Origin: an uncultured Gemmatimonadaceae bacterium
Lineage (GTDB): Bacteria > Gemmatimonadota > Gemmatimonadetes > Gemmatimonadales > Gemmatimonadaceae
Reading direction: 5' to 3'
Assembly (NCBI GenBank): GCA_963751275.1
Contig: CAVVTZ010000009.1
Location: forward strand, 224,001-288,000
DNA: 64,000 nt
The notes below the pieces were generated by a model. It was not told where the DNA came from and made no database searches. It saw nothing but the letters and a program-made list of their open reading frames with translations. Positions 42,189 to 53,211 of this stretch are shown here, piece by piece (position 1 is the stretch's first letter; every line of letters begins with the position of its first letter). The position numbers were made by a program, and so were the translations under genes.

Positions 42189-42223
42189 GCAACTACACGG
42201 CGCGGCCCACGAGCGCGGTTATC

Positions 42224-42408
42224 GTTGCAGCTAACAGCAAACAGTCACGAGAACCGCACGGCAGGCTACAGTCAACAGTCAACAGGTCACAGAAATCAGA
42301 TCAGGAATGGGCGACTTACATCGCCCGTTCGTGATCCGTTTTCTGTGAGCTGTTGACTGTTGACTGTAGACTGGCAGTCACTCGTGACTGTTTGCTGTTA
42401 GCTGCAGC
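42224..42408. mobile_element. Family A hairpin element copy 1
   Basis: Arms GTTGCAGCTAACAGCAAACAGTCACGAG...CTACAGTCAACAGTCAACAGGTCACAGAAA and its reverse complement. Confidence 0.9.
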
Positions 42409-43500
42409 CTTCCCGGGCATGTGATGTGCAGTCGCCGTTTCGAGCGCCCGGAGCATGATCTCGCGCGCCCTCACCACCCACGCACGATAGTCCGCATTAT
42501 CCAACCGCTCCGGCAACTCCGTCAACCGGTCAAGATCGAACCGCGTATCCCACACTCCTAGCCCCGCCTTCACCCCATCGATCGCATTCAACCGCTGCTC
42601 CACATGCCCTTCCACCGGCACTAGCAGCATCGGCTTCCCAAGATACCCCGCCTCGCACACGGATTCGAACCCCGCCGTGCACACGAGATGTCGGCATTCC
42701 GCCATCATTCGCAGGAACTTCTCGCCGTCCAATTGATGGAACGTGAGCGTCGCGTCATGCTCGAACACCGCCGGCGCGCCGGGTTTGTCGTAGAAACAAT
42801 GCAACACCGTCTCCGGATTCCGCTCGTGCCACGCGATCACGTGCTCGGCGTAGCCATGATTCACCATATAGACCAGCACGAACGCCCCGCCCACGGTCGG
42901 CTCGAGCTCGAACAGCCGCCGCCGGAGCAGTGGCGGCGCGACGATCATCTTGCGGTGTGGCAGGTCCGGCGCCGAATAATGTGACAACGCCAGCCACGTC
43001 GATCGCGCGCCCACGAGACGTGTATACCACTTGAGCCCCCACTGCTGCGCGCGCATCTCGGGCATGCGCGGGAAATCGGGATGTTCCAGCAGGAACTGAT
43101 GCCCGATCGCGATCACCGGCGGCCGCTCACGGTACGCGAGCGCATACACGCCGGTGAGCACTTCGTAGAAATTCAGGATCACATCGGGCTTGAGCTCGCG
43201 CACGAGCGCGGCCAGCGCGCGCACGCTGCGCGCATACTCAGGCAGACGCCGCAGCACCCTCGCGATCGTGGCCGGCATATTCACCGACCGGTTGCCCGTG
43301 TACGCGAACTCCAGCGTCGGGATCACCGTCAACGGCACCGGCATCGCCGAAGCAAAGTAATCCGGCAACTTCCGCTGCCGTCCCATTCCGACCACGACGC
43401 CCACGATCTCGTGCCCCGCGCTCTCCACGATCTCCCGAGCCGCCATCGCCTGGGTCAAGTGACCCCGCCCCTCGCCCTGCACGCAGAAGAGGATTCTCAT
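42316..43500 (-). CDS. Glycosyltransferase (MJ1255/VC2487-like, GT-B)
   Basis: VQGEGRGH, TAGFESVCEA, GHVEQRLNA; C-terminus reads into element A1. Confidence 0.88.
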   Translation of the reverse strand: MRILFCVQGEGRGHLTQAMAAREIVESAGHEIVGVVVGMGRQRKLPDYFASAMPVPLTVIPTLEFAYTGNRSVNMPATIARVLRRLPEYARSVRALAALVRELKPDVILNFYEVLTGVYALAYRERPPVIAIGHQFLLEHPDFPRMPEMRAQQWGLKWYTRLVGARSTWLALSHYSAPDLPHRKMIVAPPLLRRRLFELEPTVGGAFVLVYMVNHGYAEHVIAWHERNPETVLHCFYDKPGAPAVFEHDATLTFHQLDGEKFLRMMAECRHLVCTAGFESVCEAGYLGKPMLLVPVEGHVEQRLNAIDGVKAGLGVWDTRFDLDRLTELPERLDNADYRAWVVRAREIMLRALETATAHHMPGKAAANSKQSRVTASLQSTVNSSQKTDHERAM

Positions 43501-44221
43501 GAAGATCGAGTAAAGTGATCCTGCCGTCGAAGTCCTCGACCAGCGCCGTGCAACTCTCCACCCAATCGCCGCAATTGAGATAGCGCACGCCGCCAATGTC
43601 CTTGATCTCGGCGCGGTGGATGTGCCCGCAGATCACGCCGTCGGCATTCTGATGCCGCGCCATCTGCGCGATCGTGCGCTCGTAGTCGCCCATGAAGGCC
43701 ACCGCCGCCTTGGCCTTCCCCTTGAGATAGGCCGCGACGGACCAGTAGCCGAAGCCCAGGCTCCGGCGCAGGCGGTTGAAATAGAGATTGACGTCGAGGA
43801 TCCAGTCGTACAGATGCGATCCCACGCGCTCGAGCAGCGGCCCGATGCTCGTGAGCCCGTCCGCCTGGTGCCCGTGCAGCACGAGATATCGCTTGCCGTC
43901 GGCGCCGACGTGGATCACTTGCCGCGCGAGGGTCACACTGCCGAATTGCAGGCCGGTGAAGTCCTCGAGGAATTCATCATGATTCCCCGTGATATAGATC
44001 ACGCGCGTCTGCTTGCGGCTCTTGCGCAGCACTTTCTGGATCAGGACGTTGTATTCATCCCGCCAATACCACTTGGAGCGCAACTGCCAGCCATCGATGA
44101 TGTCGCCGACGAGATAGAGATAGTCGGAGTCGTTGTCGCGTAGGAAATCGAGGAGAAGATCGGGGCGGGAGTGTTTTGTGCCGAGGTGGAGATCGGAGAT
44201 CCAGATCGAGCGGTAGTGCAT
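43238..44221 (-). CDS. LpxH-like metallophosphoesterase (UDP-2,3-diacylglucosamine diphosphatase family)
   Basis: SDLHLG, GDIID, GNHD, HG, CGHIH, NCGDWVESCT; tail overlaps the GT gene. Confidence 0.9.
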   Translation of the reverse strand: MHYRSIWISDLHLGTKHSRPDLLLDFLRDNDSDYLYLVGDIIDGWQLRSKWYWRDEYNVLIQKVLRKSRKQTRVIYITGNHDEFLEDFTGLQFGSVTLARQVIHVGADGKRYLVLHGHQADGLTSIGPLLERVGSHLYDWILDVNLYFNRLRRSLGFGYWSVAAYLKGKAKAAVAFMGDYERTIAQMARHQNADGVICGHIHRAEIKDIGGVRYLNCGDWVESCTALVEDFDGRITLLDLHENPLLRAGRGAGSLDPGDGGSGDRGERGARDRGRRGRNGTAAEVAGLLCFGDAGAVDGDPDAGVRVHGQPVGEYAGHDREGAAASA

Positions 44222-44310
44222 GGATGGAATTCAATGGGTCGCGGTCATCATTGCCGCGCGTTTGCGTAACTGTTCGGTCACAACTACCAGCCATCCCCAG
44301 AGCGCGTACG

Positions 44311-44491
44311 GTTGCAGCTAACAGCCAACAGTCACGAGTACCTGCCAGTCTACAGTCAACAGTCAACAGCTCACAGAGAACGGATCACGAATGCGCGATG
44401 TACATCGCGCGCTCGTGGTCTGCTTTCTGTGACCTGTTGACTGTTGACTGTTGACTGGCCGTCACTCGTGACTGTTGGCTGTTAGCTGCAA
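44311..44491. mobile_element. Family A hairpin element copy 2
   Basis: Same arm consensus; inner stem ATCACGAATGCGCGATG. Confidence 0.9.
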
Positions 44492-44595
44492 GCTTCCCGG
44501 GCATGTGATGATGGGCAGTTCGCCTCCGCCCCATGGAACCTTGGAACCTGCCGGTGTAGGAGATATCAATACCACTCCTTCCCACGGAGGCCCTC

Positions 44596-45021
44596 ATGTC
44601 CCTGTCCGTCCGTCCCCTGTTCGCGCTCGCGCTTGTCACTTCCCTCATCGCCTGCAGCTCTGACAGCACCGGTCTTACCGAGAGCCAACAGACCGCCGAG
44701 CGCTTGAAAGGGACCTGGGCCGAGCCGTTCACGATCCCGGGTTCATCGTTCATCATGACCCTCGATACGCAGGACACCACCGTCACGGGCACGGGCTTCT
44801 TCAGCTATGAAGCCGGCCCGGCCGGGACGCTGAGCGTTACCGGCACGGTGTCGGGAGAACAGGTGGATCTCGACGTCACCTACAGCACCGGCCTGCACGA
44901 GCATTTCCGCGGCGGAGTGCAATTCGACACCTTCAGCGGAGACTCGTGGAGCACGCCAGTGGGAGATCCTGCGCCATTCACCCTGAAGCGAACGACACCG
45001 CCAGGCTCGAATCCGGTCTAG
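44596..45021 (+). CDS. Lipoprotein, hypothetical
   Basis: GGAGG RBS, lipobox LIAC. Confidence 0.75.
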   Translation: MSLSVRPLFALALVTSLIACSSDSTGLTESQQTAERLKGTWAEPFTIPGSSFIMTLDTQDTTVTGTGFFSYEAGPAGTLSVTGTVSGEQVDLDVTYSTGLHEHFRGGVQFDTFSGDSWSTPVGDPAPFTLKRTTPPGSNPV

Positions 45022-45158
45022 CACCGCCGGCAGCCGTCATGGTGGTTCGGCTCGCGGCGGTGTTTATGAGTTTCACCGTGTGGCGAGTGGGGGGTCGTGT
45101 GGCGGCTGCCGGCTGTCCCATTAACTGCGTACTACCTACGGATCACCAGGACTGGAAG

Positions 45159-45343
45159 GTTGCAGCTAACAGCAAACAGTCACGAGTGACTGCCAGTCTA
45201 CAGTCAACAGTCAACAGGTCACAGAAGACGGATCACGAGCGCGCGAAGTGCGTCGCGCATTCGTGATCCGTTTTCTGTGACCTGTTGACTGTTGACTGTT
45301 GACTGCCGCGCCGTTCTCGTGACTGTTTGCTGTTAGCTGCAAC
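45159..45343. mobile_element. Family A hairpin element copy 3
   Basis: GTTGCAGCTAACAGC...GCTGTTAGCTGCAAC. Confidence 0.9.
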
Positions 45344-45360
45344 GTGAAGCTCTCTCGTAG

Positions 45361-47362
45361 TCAGTTCGGCTTGATCCCGACTGCTCGATCGAGCTCCGCC
45401 GGCGAATAGAGCACTCCATTCTTCATCACCACCGCCACCTTCCTCACGTCGGAAATATTCGCCGCCGGATGCCCATCCACCACGATCATATCCGCCAACT
45501 TCCCAACCGTCACCGACCCCAACGACTTATCCATCTTCATCACCCGCGCCGCCCCGATCGTCGCGATCTTCAATACCTCGGCCGGCGCGATTCCCGCCTG
45601 CACATACAGCTCCAACTCCCGATCGTACGCGAACCCGGGAAATCCATCCGTCCCCGCCACGATCACGAGCCCATTGTCATGCATGATCTTCACCATCCCG
45701 AGCATCGCCGCAAAACTGTCCTTATACCGCTGATCCATCCCCTCCGGCACCGGCAGCCCGCCCGCGAGCAGTCCGCGCCGCACTCCACTCGGCAGCCGGT
45801 CGGCCACCATGACATAACCCGGATCGATCGACCCCTTCCGCGCGACGAACATATTCTCGAACACATTCACCGTGGGATCGAGCACGGTGTGATGCGCCTT
45901 CAAGAGCGCGACGAAATCCGCAAAGCTCGGTGACCCGAAATCGAACTGCGCCGCCTTCTGCGCCACCGCGGTGAATCGCGCCGGCGTCCGCGTGTCCGGC
46001 ACGGAATCGATCCAGAAATTCAGGAAAAGGAAATTCGCGTGCTGGATCTCATCGTATCCGTCATTCACGGCCTGCGTCGCCGTCATGAACGCCGGCACGT
46101 GCCCGCTCACGCGCAGCCCCAGCTTGTGCGCTTCGGCCGCGATCACGGGCACGAGCTCCGGCTTCACCGAGCTGTAGATCTTGATCTGCACATAGCCCAG
46201 CTTCGCCACGCGATCCACGATCGCGCGCGCGGTGTCCGCGTTGTCCGCGAGCAATTTCGTGGGACCCGCGTACGGACCGGGTCCGTCGATGAGCGCCGCG
46301 AGAATGAGCCGGGGACCGAGCAGGGATCCGTCGGCGAACCGCTTCTGCCGCAGGAGCGATTCATCGACATCGTTGCCCAGATCGCGCACGGTCGTGATCC
46401 CGGCCTGGAGGAACAGCAGACCGTCGTCGTCGCCGAGGTGGACGTGCATATCCCACATCCCGGGCATGACCGTCTTCCCCGCGGCGTCGATCACCTGCGC
46501 GCCCGCGGGGACCTTCACTTTCGCGTTCGGCCCGACGGCGGTGATCTTGTCGCCCTGCACGACGATCGTCGTGTGCGGCACGATCGTGCCGGTGAGGGCA
46601 TCGAACAGATCGGCATCCTTGAATACCACGGGCCCCTTGGGCCGGTGCGCGAGCGACGCCGCCATGCGCGCCGTGCGCGCGGAATCGCCCACGGTCTGGA
46701 TCGCGATCAGCTCGGCGGCGCTCGATTCCCACCCTTTCCGAATGACGGTCATCCAACTGCTCGGGACGGCGAAGAGCGTCGTGTCGGTGTCGTACCAGAG
46801 CGAGAATGGGGTGAAGCCGAAGCCGGTGAAGGAATATTGAATGACCGTGCGGGACGCGCCGTTGGCGTGCAGCGTGACCGAGCCCACGCTGTCGACATGC
46901 ACTTCGCCGGCGGGGAGCATCTTGATGCTGTGCCCCGGCGCGCGCAGGATGAGGCGCGCGAGAATGGTGTTCTCGATGTTCGCGCCGTCCATGCTGTTGT
47001 AGAAGACGGGCACGGTGATCGGCGCGCTGCCCTGTTCCGCGGAATTCTTCCAGATGCCGGTATTGTTCATCACGGAATAGGATTCCGCGACGGGAGTATT
47101 GAGATAATCGTGGCCGGTGGTGTTGACCGTGAGTTGCGTGCCATCGGCGGCGAGGGTGACGGTCTCATCGTACGACGGTCCGCGGCCGCGGTCGTTGAAT
47201 TCATAGTGCGCGTTCCAGCTGCCATTGGCGCTGCGCCAGTCTTTTTCGAAGCCGGCGGGGTGGCCGGCCATGATCAGGGAATAACTGATGGTGTCTGACT
47301 GCCTGCGCTGCCGTGGTAAAGGCGGCGAAGCACATTGCGGCGGCGGCGATTGAAAGGCGCAT
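45361..47362 (-). CDS. Secreted amidohydrolase family protein (frameshift near 47300)
   Basis: PGMWDMHVH, GHVP, IQH, AGTD, GKLADM; signal peptide MRLSIAAAAMCFAAFTTAAQA in an adjacent frame. Confidence 0.9.
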
Positions 47363-47403
47363 GGAGTGTTCCCTTGGGGGAGAGTACGAGGGGGCCTATG
47401 GTC

Positions 47404-47580
47404 GCAGTAAACAGCAAACAGTCACAAGTGACCGCCAGTCTACAGTCAACAGTCAACAGCTCACAGAGAACTGACTGCGGACGGGCGAAAACATCAATGC
47501 CCCCGCGGATCCGTTCTCTGTGAGCTGTTGACTGTTGACTGTAGACTGGCAGGTACTCGTGACTGTTTGCTGTCTACCGC
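47404..47580. mobile_element. Family A hairpin element copy 4
   Basis: GCAGTAAACAGCAAACAGTCAC...GTGACTGTTTGCTGTCTACCGC. Confidence 0.9.
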
Positions 47581-47590
47581 AGCGTTGAGA

Positions 47591-50095
47591 TCACTCAGAG
47601 CGCAGTGCCGTCAGCGGATCCACCTTCCCAGCCCGTCTCGCCGGCACCAAGCTCGCCACCGCCGCAACGCCAAGCAGTACCACTCCCACTCCCACGAACA
47701 CCACCGGATCATACGGCGATACCTGGAACAACATCGGCCTCACCCACTTCCCAGCCACCATCGCGATCCCACCCCCGATCACCACTCCCACGCTCGCCAA
47801 TATCATCCCTTCACCCAACACCAATCTCACAACGTCGGAAACCTGCGCTCCCAGCGCCACCCGCACTCCGAGTTCGTGCGTCCGCTGCGCGACATTGTAC
47901 GAGATCACGGAATACAGCCCGATCGCCGCCAACACCAATGCCAACACCCCGAACACCGTGAACATCGCCGCCCCCAGCCGCCACGATTGCATCTCGCGCC
48001 CGACGATGTCCGCGAACGGCACGACATTCACATACGACGCCCCAGGCATTTGCGCCTGCAATCGCTTGCGCAGCGTTTCACCATCCCCCGCCCGCGCGCC
48101 TTTCATGCGAACCAGGATCGAAAAATGACCCGATACGTTCGCTTGCGCAGCGCTAATGTAGTAGAAATATCCTGGATCGTCCGACAGACTTCGCGATTTC
48201 GTATTCTCCGCGATCCCCACCACATACGTGCACGGCATCGTGTCGGCGTCCAGCTTCATGCACTGCCCGAGCGCATCCGCGTGCGGCCATAAGATCTTCG
48301 CCATCGACTCGCTCACCACCGCCGACCTCGGCGCTCCCGCGATGTCGGCGGCGGTGATCCCGCGGCCGCGGATGATGCGCGTCCCCACCGTGGCGAAGAA
48401 GTCCGGGGTCACCGCATTGAGATCGAACTCGCCCAGCTTGTCCACCGAATCGATCCCGGCCACGTGGAGATCGGTGTTCCACATGCTCCAGAAGGGGAGC
48501 GTCGCGCTGAGCGCGGCATGCTCTACGCCGGGCATCGCCTGCGCCTGCTCGAGCAGGTTGTTCGTCAACTGCGTGTAGTGCGCGCTGTCGAGCTTCACGC
48601 CGCGCATGATCGGATTCACGACCTGCACCAGCGACGCATCGTAACCCAGCGGCATCGAATTCACGTTCCGCAGCGATCGCACGAACAATCCCGCGCCCAC
48701 CAGCAGCACCACGCTCAGCGCCCCCTGGAATACCAGCAGCCCGATGCGCAGCCGGGAGCGATGCACCGCGCCCTCGCGCGCGCCCGCCTTGAGATCCACC
48801 GTGAGATCCGCGCTCCGCGTCTGGAAGATCGGCGCGAGTCCCGTGAGCAATCCCGCCGTGAGCGCCGCGATGCCGGCGAAGACGAGCACGCGCGGATCGC
48901 TGATCACCGCCGCGCCTTCGGTCTTGGGCAGCATGGTCGCCCGCAGGATCGCGCCGCCGAACTGCGCGAATACCACCCCCACCACGCCGCCGAGCACGGC
49001 GAGCAGCACGCTCTCGGTGAGGAGCTGCGCCGCGAGACGCCCGCGGCTCACGCCCAGCGCCAGCCGCACCGCCACTTCCCGCTTGCGGCGCAGCGCGCGC
49101 GCCAGCAGCAGGTTCGCGACGTTCGCGCACGCGATGAGCCACACCACGATGGCGACGCCGGCGATCCAGGTCGCCACCTTCGCTTCGCTCGACTCACGCG
49201 GGCCCCGCTCGGCCAGGATGGATGCGACGATCGCGTGCGGCTTCGCGAGCGCCGGCGGCGTCTCATTGTGATCCGCCGCGGCCTGCGCGGCATATTCGCG
49301 CTGGAACGCGCCGCTCACATCCGCCGTCGCCGCGTCGAGCGAGACCCCCGGCTTCCGCTCGGCGATCATCTGCGTCCACTGCCAGTGATAGGTCGATTCC
49401 CACGATTCGCCGCGCAGGCGGAGATTCTCCCCCAGTTCGTGCCCGTACGCCGAGATGGGGATGAAGGCCGCGGGGGGCTGCGACGGCCATGTTCCGACGA
49501 AGCCCGCGGGCGTGACGCCGATGATGGTATAGCGCGTGGCGCCGATCTGGATCGGCTGCCCGATGGCGTCCGCGCGTCCGCCGTACTGTGTTTGCCACAG
49601 ACCATAGCTCAGCACGGCCACCGGGGTTCCAATGGGCGCGACGTCTTCTGCGGGGCTGAAGTATCGCCCGGCCACGGGGGGCGCGGTGAAGAAGCCGAAG
49701 AAGGCCGCACTGACCGCGGCGACATCCATCTCGCGCGCATCGAGCCCTTCGCCGATCGCGACCTTGCGCTCGAAGGTGGCCGCCGTCCGCTCGAAGGAAT
49801 GGGTCTCTTTCGTGAGATCCATGATGCGCGCATAGGGCATGGTGCCGCCCGCGAATTCCTTCCCGCGATAGCTGGTGGCGAGATAGATCCTATGCGTCCG
49901 CTCCGGCGCCGTGAGCATGGGCGGCGGGCGGAAGAGCAATTGGTCTACTATTGAGAAGATCGCGGCGTTTGCCCCGATTCCGAGCGCGAGCGTGAGGACG
50001 ACGGCGAGCGTGAAGCCGGGTTTGTTGCGGAGGCCGCGGAGGGCGTAGGTGAGGTCTTGTTTGATCGCTTCCCAGCGGTTTTCGGTGGTGGGCAT
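47591..50095 (-). CDS. ABC permease, ADOP-type
   Basis: LALGIGANAAIFS, IACANVANLLLAR, QRTHELGVRVALGA, DPLTALRSE. Confidence 0.95.
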   Translation of the reverse strand: MPTTENRWEAIKQDLTYALRGLRNKPGFTLAVVLTLALGIGANAAIFSIVDQLLFRPPPMLTAPERTHRIYLATSYRGKEFAGGTMPYARIMDLTKETHSFERTAATFERKVAIGEGLDAREMDVAAVSAAFFGFFTAPPVAGRYFSPAEDVAPIGTPVAVLSYGLWQTQYGGRADAIGQPIQIGATRYTIIGVTPAGFVGTWPSQPPAAFIPISAYGHELGENLRLRGESWESTYHWQWTQMIAERKPGVSLDAATADVSGAFQREYAAQAAADHNETPPALAKPHAIVASILAERGPRESSEAKVATWIAGVAIVVWLIACANVANLLLARALRRKREVAVRLALGVSRGRLAAQLLTESVLLAVLGGVVGVVFAQFGGAILRATMLPKTEGAAVISDPRVLVFAGIAALTAGLLTGLAPIFQTRSADLTVDLKAGAREGAVHRSRLRIGLLVFQGALSVVLLVGAGLFVRSLRNVNSMPLGYDASLVQVVNPIMRGVKLDSAHYTQLTNNLLEQAQAMPGVEHAALSATLPFWSMWNTDLHVAGIDSVDKLGEFDLNAVTPDFFATVGTRIIRGRGITAADIAGAPRSAVVSESMAKILWPHADALGQCMKLDADTMPCTYVVGIAENTKSRSLSDDPGYFYYISAAQANVSGHFSILVRMKGARAGDGETLRKRLQAQMPGASYVNVVPFADIVGREMQSWRLGAAMFTVFGVLALVLAAIGLYSVISYNVAQRTHELGVRVALGAQVSDVVRLVLGEGMILASVGVVIGGGIAMVAGKWVRPMLFQVSPYDPVVFVGVGVVLLGVAAVASLVPARRAGKVDPLTALRSE

Positions 50096-50197
50096 CGTTC
50101 GGGCTCCGCGTGGCGGGTCGGCTGGGGGGGCGAGGGGTCAAGATTGTGACACAATTCTGGCTTGGACGGTTGGCGTCCTACAGACTATCACCAGGCC

Positions 50198-50388
50198 GGG
50201 AAGATTGCAGTAAACAGCAAACAGTCACGAGTACCTGCCAGTCTACAGTCAACAGTCAACAGCTCACAGAAAACGATCCAGCGCGCAGGAGAACCTACTG
50301 CGCAGGGGCCTGCCTTCTGTGAGCTGTTGACTGTTGACTGTAGACTGGCGGTCACTCGTGACTGTTTGCTGTTTACTGCAACCTTCCC
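50198..50388. mobile_element. Family A hairpin element copy 5
   Basis: GGGAAGATTGCAGTAAACAGC...GCTGTTTACTGCAACCTTCCC. Confidence 0.9.
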
Positions 50389-50450
50389 CCGGCAAGTGAT
50401 GCAGGGTAGTGTCGTACCAACCCTCCCCCACCCGGGTGTGTCAAACATCC

Positions 50451-52925
50451 ATGCCCTCCCTCCGCTCCCTCGCCCGCAACCGCGCCTTCACCGCCACCGC
50501 GACCCTCACGCTGGCCCTCGGCATGGGCGCGACCACTGCGATCTTCACTCTCATTAAGAGAGTCGTCCTCGACCCACTCCCGTATCCGCACCAGGAACAA
50601 TTAGTCCGACTCACCAACCCCATGCCCGGCGTCGGACCGAATGTCGAATGGTCCCTCAGCACCGCACAATATTTCTACTTCACCGAACACGCGAAAACGC
50701 TCGCGAAGATCGGCCTCTTCCGCGAAGGCGGACTGAATTTCGCCTCCAGCACCCCAGGCGCCGAACCCCAGCGCGTCCACTCCGCCCGCGTCACCGCCTC
50801 CATGATGGACCTCCTGGGCGCTCGTGCGGTCCTGGGCCGGATCATCAATCAGAATGATGACATTCCCGGCGCCCCGCCCGTCGCCATGCTCTCGCGCGAT
50901 TTTTGGCGCCGGCAATTCGGCTCCGACCCATCGGTAGTTGGCACGACCATCCGCCTCGATGACGAGCCCGTCCAGATCATCGGCATCATGGCCCCCGGCA
51001 TCGAACTCCCCCTCGAACGCGGGCAGGCTGTCGGCGTCGCGAGCGATGTCTGGATCCCCCGCCGCCTCGATCCCGCGGGCCCGTTCTACAATAACCACGT
51101 CAACCCGGGCATCGCCCTCCTCGCCCCCGGCGCCACGCTCGCCTCGGTGAGCGCCGAGCTCGATCAGCTGACCCAGCAATTCCCCGCGGCTTTTCCCGTG
51201 GCGTATTCAGAGAATTTCATCAAGAACTTCCACACTCGGCCCACTCCGCTGAAAGAATACGTCGTGGGCGCCGCCGCCAAGAATCTCTGGATCCTGTTCG
51301 GCGCCGTCGCGCTCGTTCTCCTCATCGCCTGCGCGAACGTCGTCAATCTCTTCCTCGTCCGCTTCGAGGCAAGGCGCCGAGAATTCGCCATTCGTGCGGC
51401 ATTAGGCGCCGGCTGGCGCAATGTCGCCATCGATTCATTCCGCGAATCATTGATCCTCACGCTCGCCGGCTCCGTCCTCGCGCTCGGGATCGGCTACGCC
51501 GGCACCCGCTGGCTCGCGGCCCTCGCCCCGTCCAGCCTCCCCCGTCTCGCCGACCTCCAGCTCGACGCCGGTGTCTTCGCGTTCACGATCGTCCTCGCGA
51601 TCGTCATCGCCGCCTTCCTCGCCCTCGTGCCCGTTCTCCAAACGAATCGCCCCGACGCCCTCGGCGCACTCGGCGACAGCAGCCGTACCGCATCATCGAA
51701 CCTCCAACGTCGAAGTTTCCGCAACGTTTTGGTTGTTTCCCAGGTCGCCCTTGCATTGGTGTTGGTGATCGGTGCCGGATTATTGCTCGAATCATTCCAC
51801 CGTCTGAGCTCCGTCAGCCCCGGCATCGACGCACGGAACACGCTCACCGTCGAGATCTATCCGTCCTCGCAACGCTACCCCAGCATGGAAAAGCTGTGGC
51901 AATTCTATGCGCAGGTGAGCGAGAAAGTGCGCGCGATCCCCGGCATCGCCTCGGCCGGTTTCACCGAGGAATTGCCCTTCAGCGGCGATTTCGGATGCAC
52001 CGTGCAAGGATTCGAGGATGCCGGTGTCTATGAGCAGCTGAAACGCGCACACCAGACGACGTGCGCCGGCCAGGAGACGACGTCGCCGGGCTATTTCGCT
52101 GCAATGGGCATTCCGGTGCTGAAGGGTAGGGAATTCACTCCGAACGATAATGATGCGCCCACCACCGGCGCCGTGATCGTGAGCAAGACATTCGCCGACC
52201 GCTTCTGGCCCGGTGAGGATCCGATCGGGAAGGGCACGGGCCCGAACGGCCGCAATACGCCACCGTTCTATCATGTCATTGGCGTTGTCGGCAATGTGCA
52301 TGTCTCGAGTCTCGACGGCGAGATGGCGAATGCGATTTATTATCCCCTCGTCGCGATCCCGCACACAGGGCGATGGTTCGATGGCGAAATGGCGCTCGTC
52401 ATCAGAACATCGCGCGGCAGTCCGGAGAGTTACTTGAATGCCGTCCGCCGAGCGGTGGCGGAGGTCGATCCCACCGTTCCGATCGCGAACGCGGTTGAGA
52501 TGGAGAGCGTCGTTGCGAAGTCGATGAGCCGGCTTACGTTCACCATGACCTTGCTCGCGATCGCCGGCGTGACGGCACTATTGCTGGCGGCGATCGGGTT
52601 GTACGGCTTGATCGCCTACATTGTCGAACGGCGCACGAACGAGCTCGGCGTTCGATTGGCGCTGGGAGCGCAGCCCGGCCAAGTGGAAGGATTGGTCGTG
52701 GGCGGGGCGATGAGGCTTACTATAGTAGGACTGGCGATCGGGGCGGTGGTGGCGCTTGGGTTCTCGCGGCTGCTGGCGTCGTTGCTTTACGGAATTGCAC
52801 CGTGGGATCTTGCGGCATATCTCGGCGCGATCGGGGTGCTGGGAGTGGTCGCGATCGTGGCGGCGTGGGTGCCGGCGAGGAGGGCGGGGAAGATCGATCC
52901 TGCCGTTGCCTTGCGGGCTGAGTGA
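50451..52925 (+). CDS. ABC permease, ADOP-type
   Basis: LALGMGATTAIF, LLIACANVVNL, RRTNELGVRLALGA, DPAVALRAE. Confidence 0.95.
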   Translation: MPSLRSLARNRAFTATATLTLALGMGATTAIFTLIKRVVLDPLPYPHQEQLVRLTNPMPGVGPNVEWSLSTAQYFYFTEHAKTLAKIGLFREGGLNFASSTPGAEPQRVHSARVTASMMDLLGARAVLGRIINQNDDIPGAPPVAMLSRDFWRRQFGSDPSVVGTTIRLDDEPVQIIGIMAPGIELPLERGQAVGVASDVWIPRRLDPAGPFYNNHVNPGIALLAPGATLASVSAELDQLTQQFPAAFPVAYSENFIKNFHTRPTPLKEYVVGAAAKNLWILFGAVALVLLIACANVVNLFLVRFEARRREFAIRAALGAGWRNVAIDSFRESLILTLAGSVLALGIGYAGTRWLAALAPSSLPRLADLQLDAGVFAFTIVLAIVIAAFLALVPVLQTNRPDALGALGDSSRTASSNLQRRSFRNVLVVSQVALALVLVIGAGLLLESFHRLSSVSPGIDARNTLTVEIYPSSQRYPSMEKLWQFYAQVSEKVRAIPGIASAGFTEELPFSGDFGCTVQGFEDAGVYEQLKRAHQTTCAGQETTSPGYFAAMGIPVLKGREFTPNDNDAPTTGAVIVSKTFADRFWPGEDPIGKGTGPNGRNTPPFYHVIGVVGNVHVSSLDGEMANAIYYPLVAIPHTGRWFDGEMALVIRTSRGSPESYLNAVRRAVAEVDPTVPIANAVEMESVVAKSMSRLTFTMTLLAIAGVTALLLAAIGLYGLIAYIVERRTNELGVRLALGAQPGQVEGLVVGGAMRLTIVGLAIGAVVALGFSRLLASLLYGIAPWDLAAYLGAIGVLGVVAIVAAWVPARRAGKIDPAVALRAE

Positions 52926-52940
52926 AACTGTGAAGACTGT

Positions 52941-53149
52941 CACCAGACCGGTAAGGTTGCAGCTAACAGCGAACAGTCACGAGTGACCGCCAGTCTACAG
53001 TCAACAGTCAACAGCTCACAGAAAACGATCCAACGCGACGGAGATACTATTGCGCACGGGCCGGATTTCTGTGAGCTGTCGACTGTTGACTGTAGACTGG
53101 CAGGTACTCGTGACTGTTGGCTGTTTACTGCAATCTTCCCGGTCTGGTG
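52941..53149. mobile_element. Family A hairpin element copy 6 (longest paired ends)
   Basis: CACCAGACCGGTAAGGTTGCAG...CTGCAATCTTCCCGGTCTGGTG. Confidence 0.9.
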
Positions 53150-53211
53150 CTCCGTGACTTTTTCCGGTCCCGTGGGTAGTAATAGCTGTCCCTAACCGTA
53201 GAAGGTGCCCC

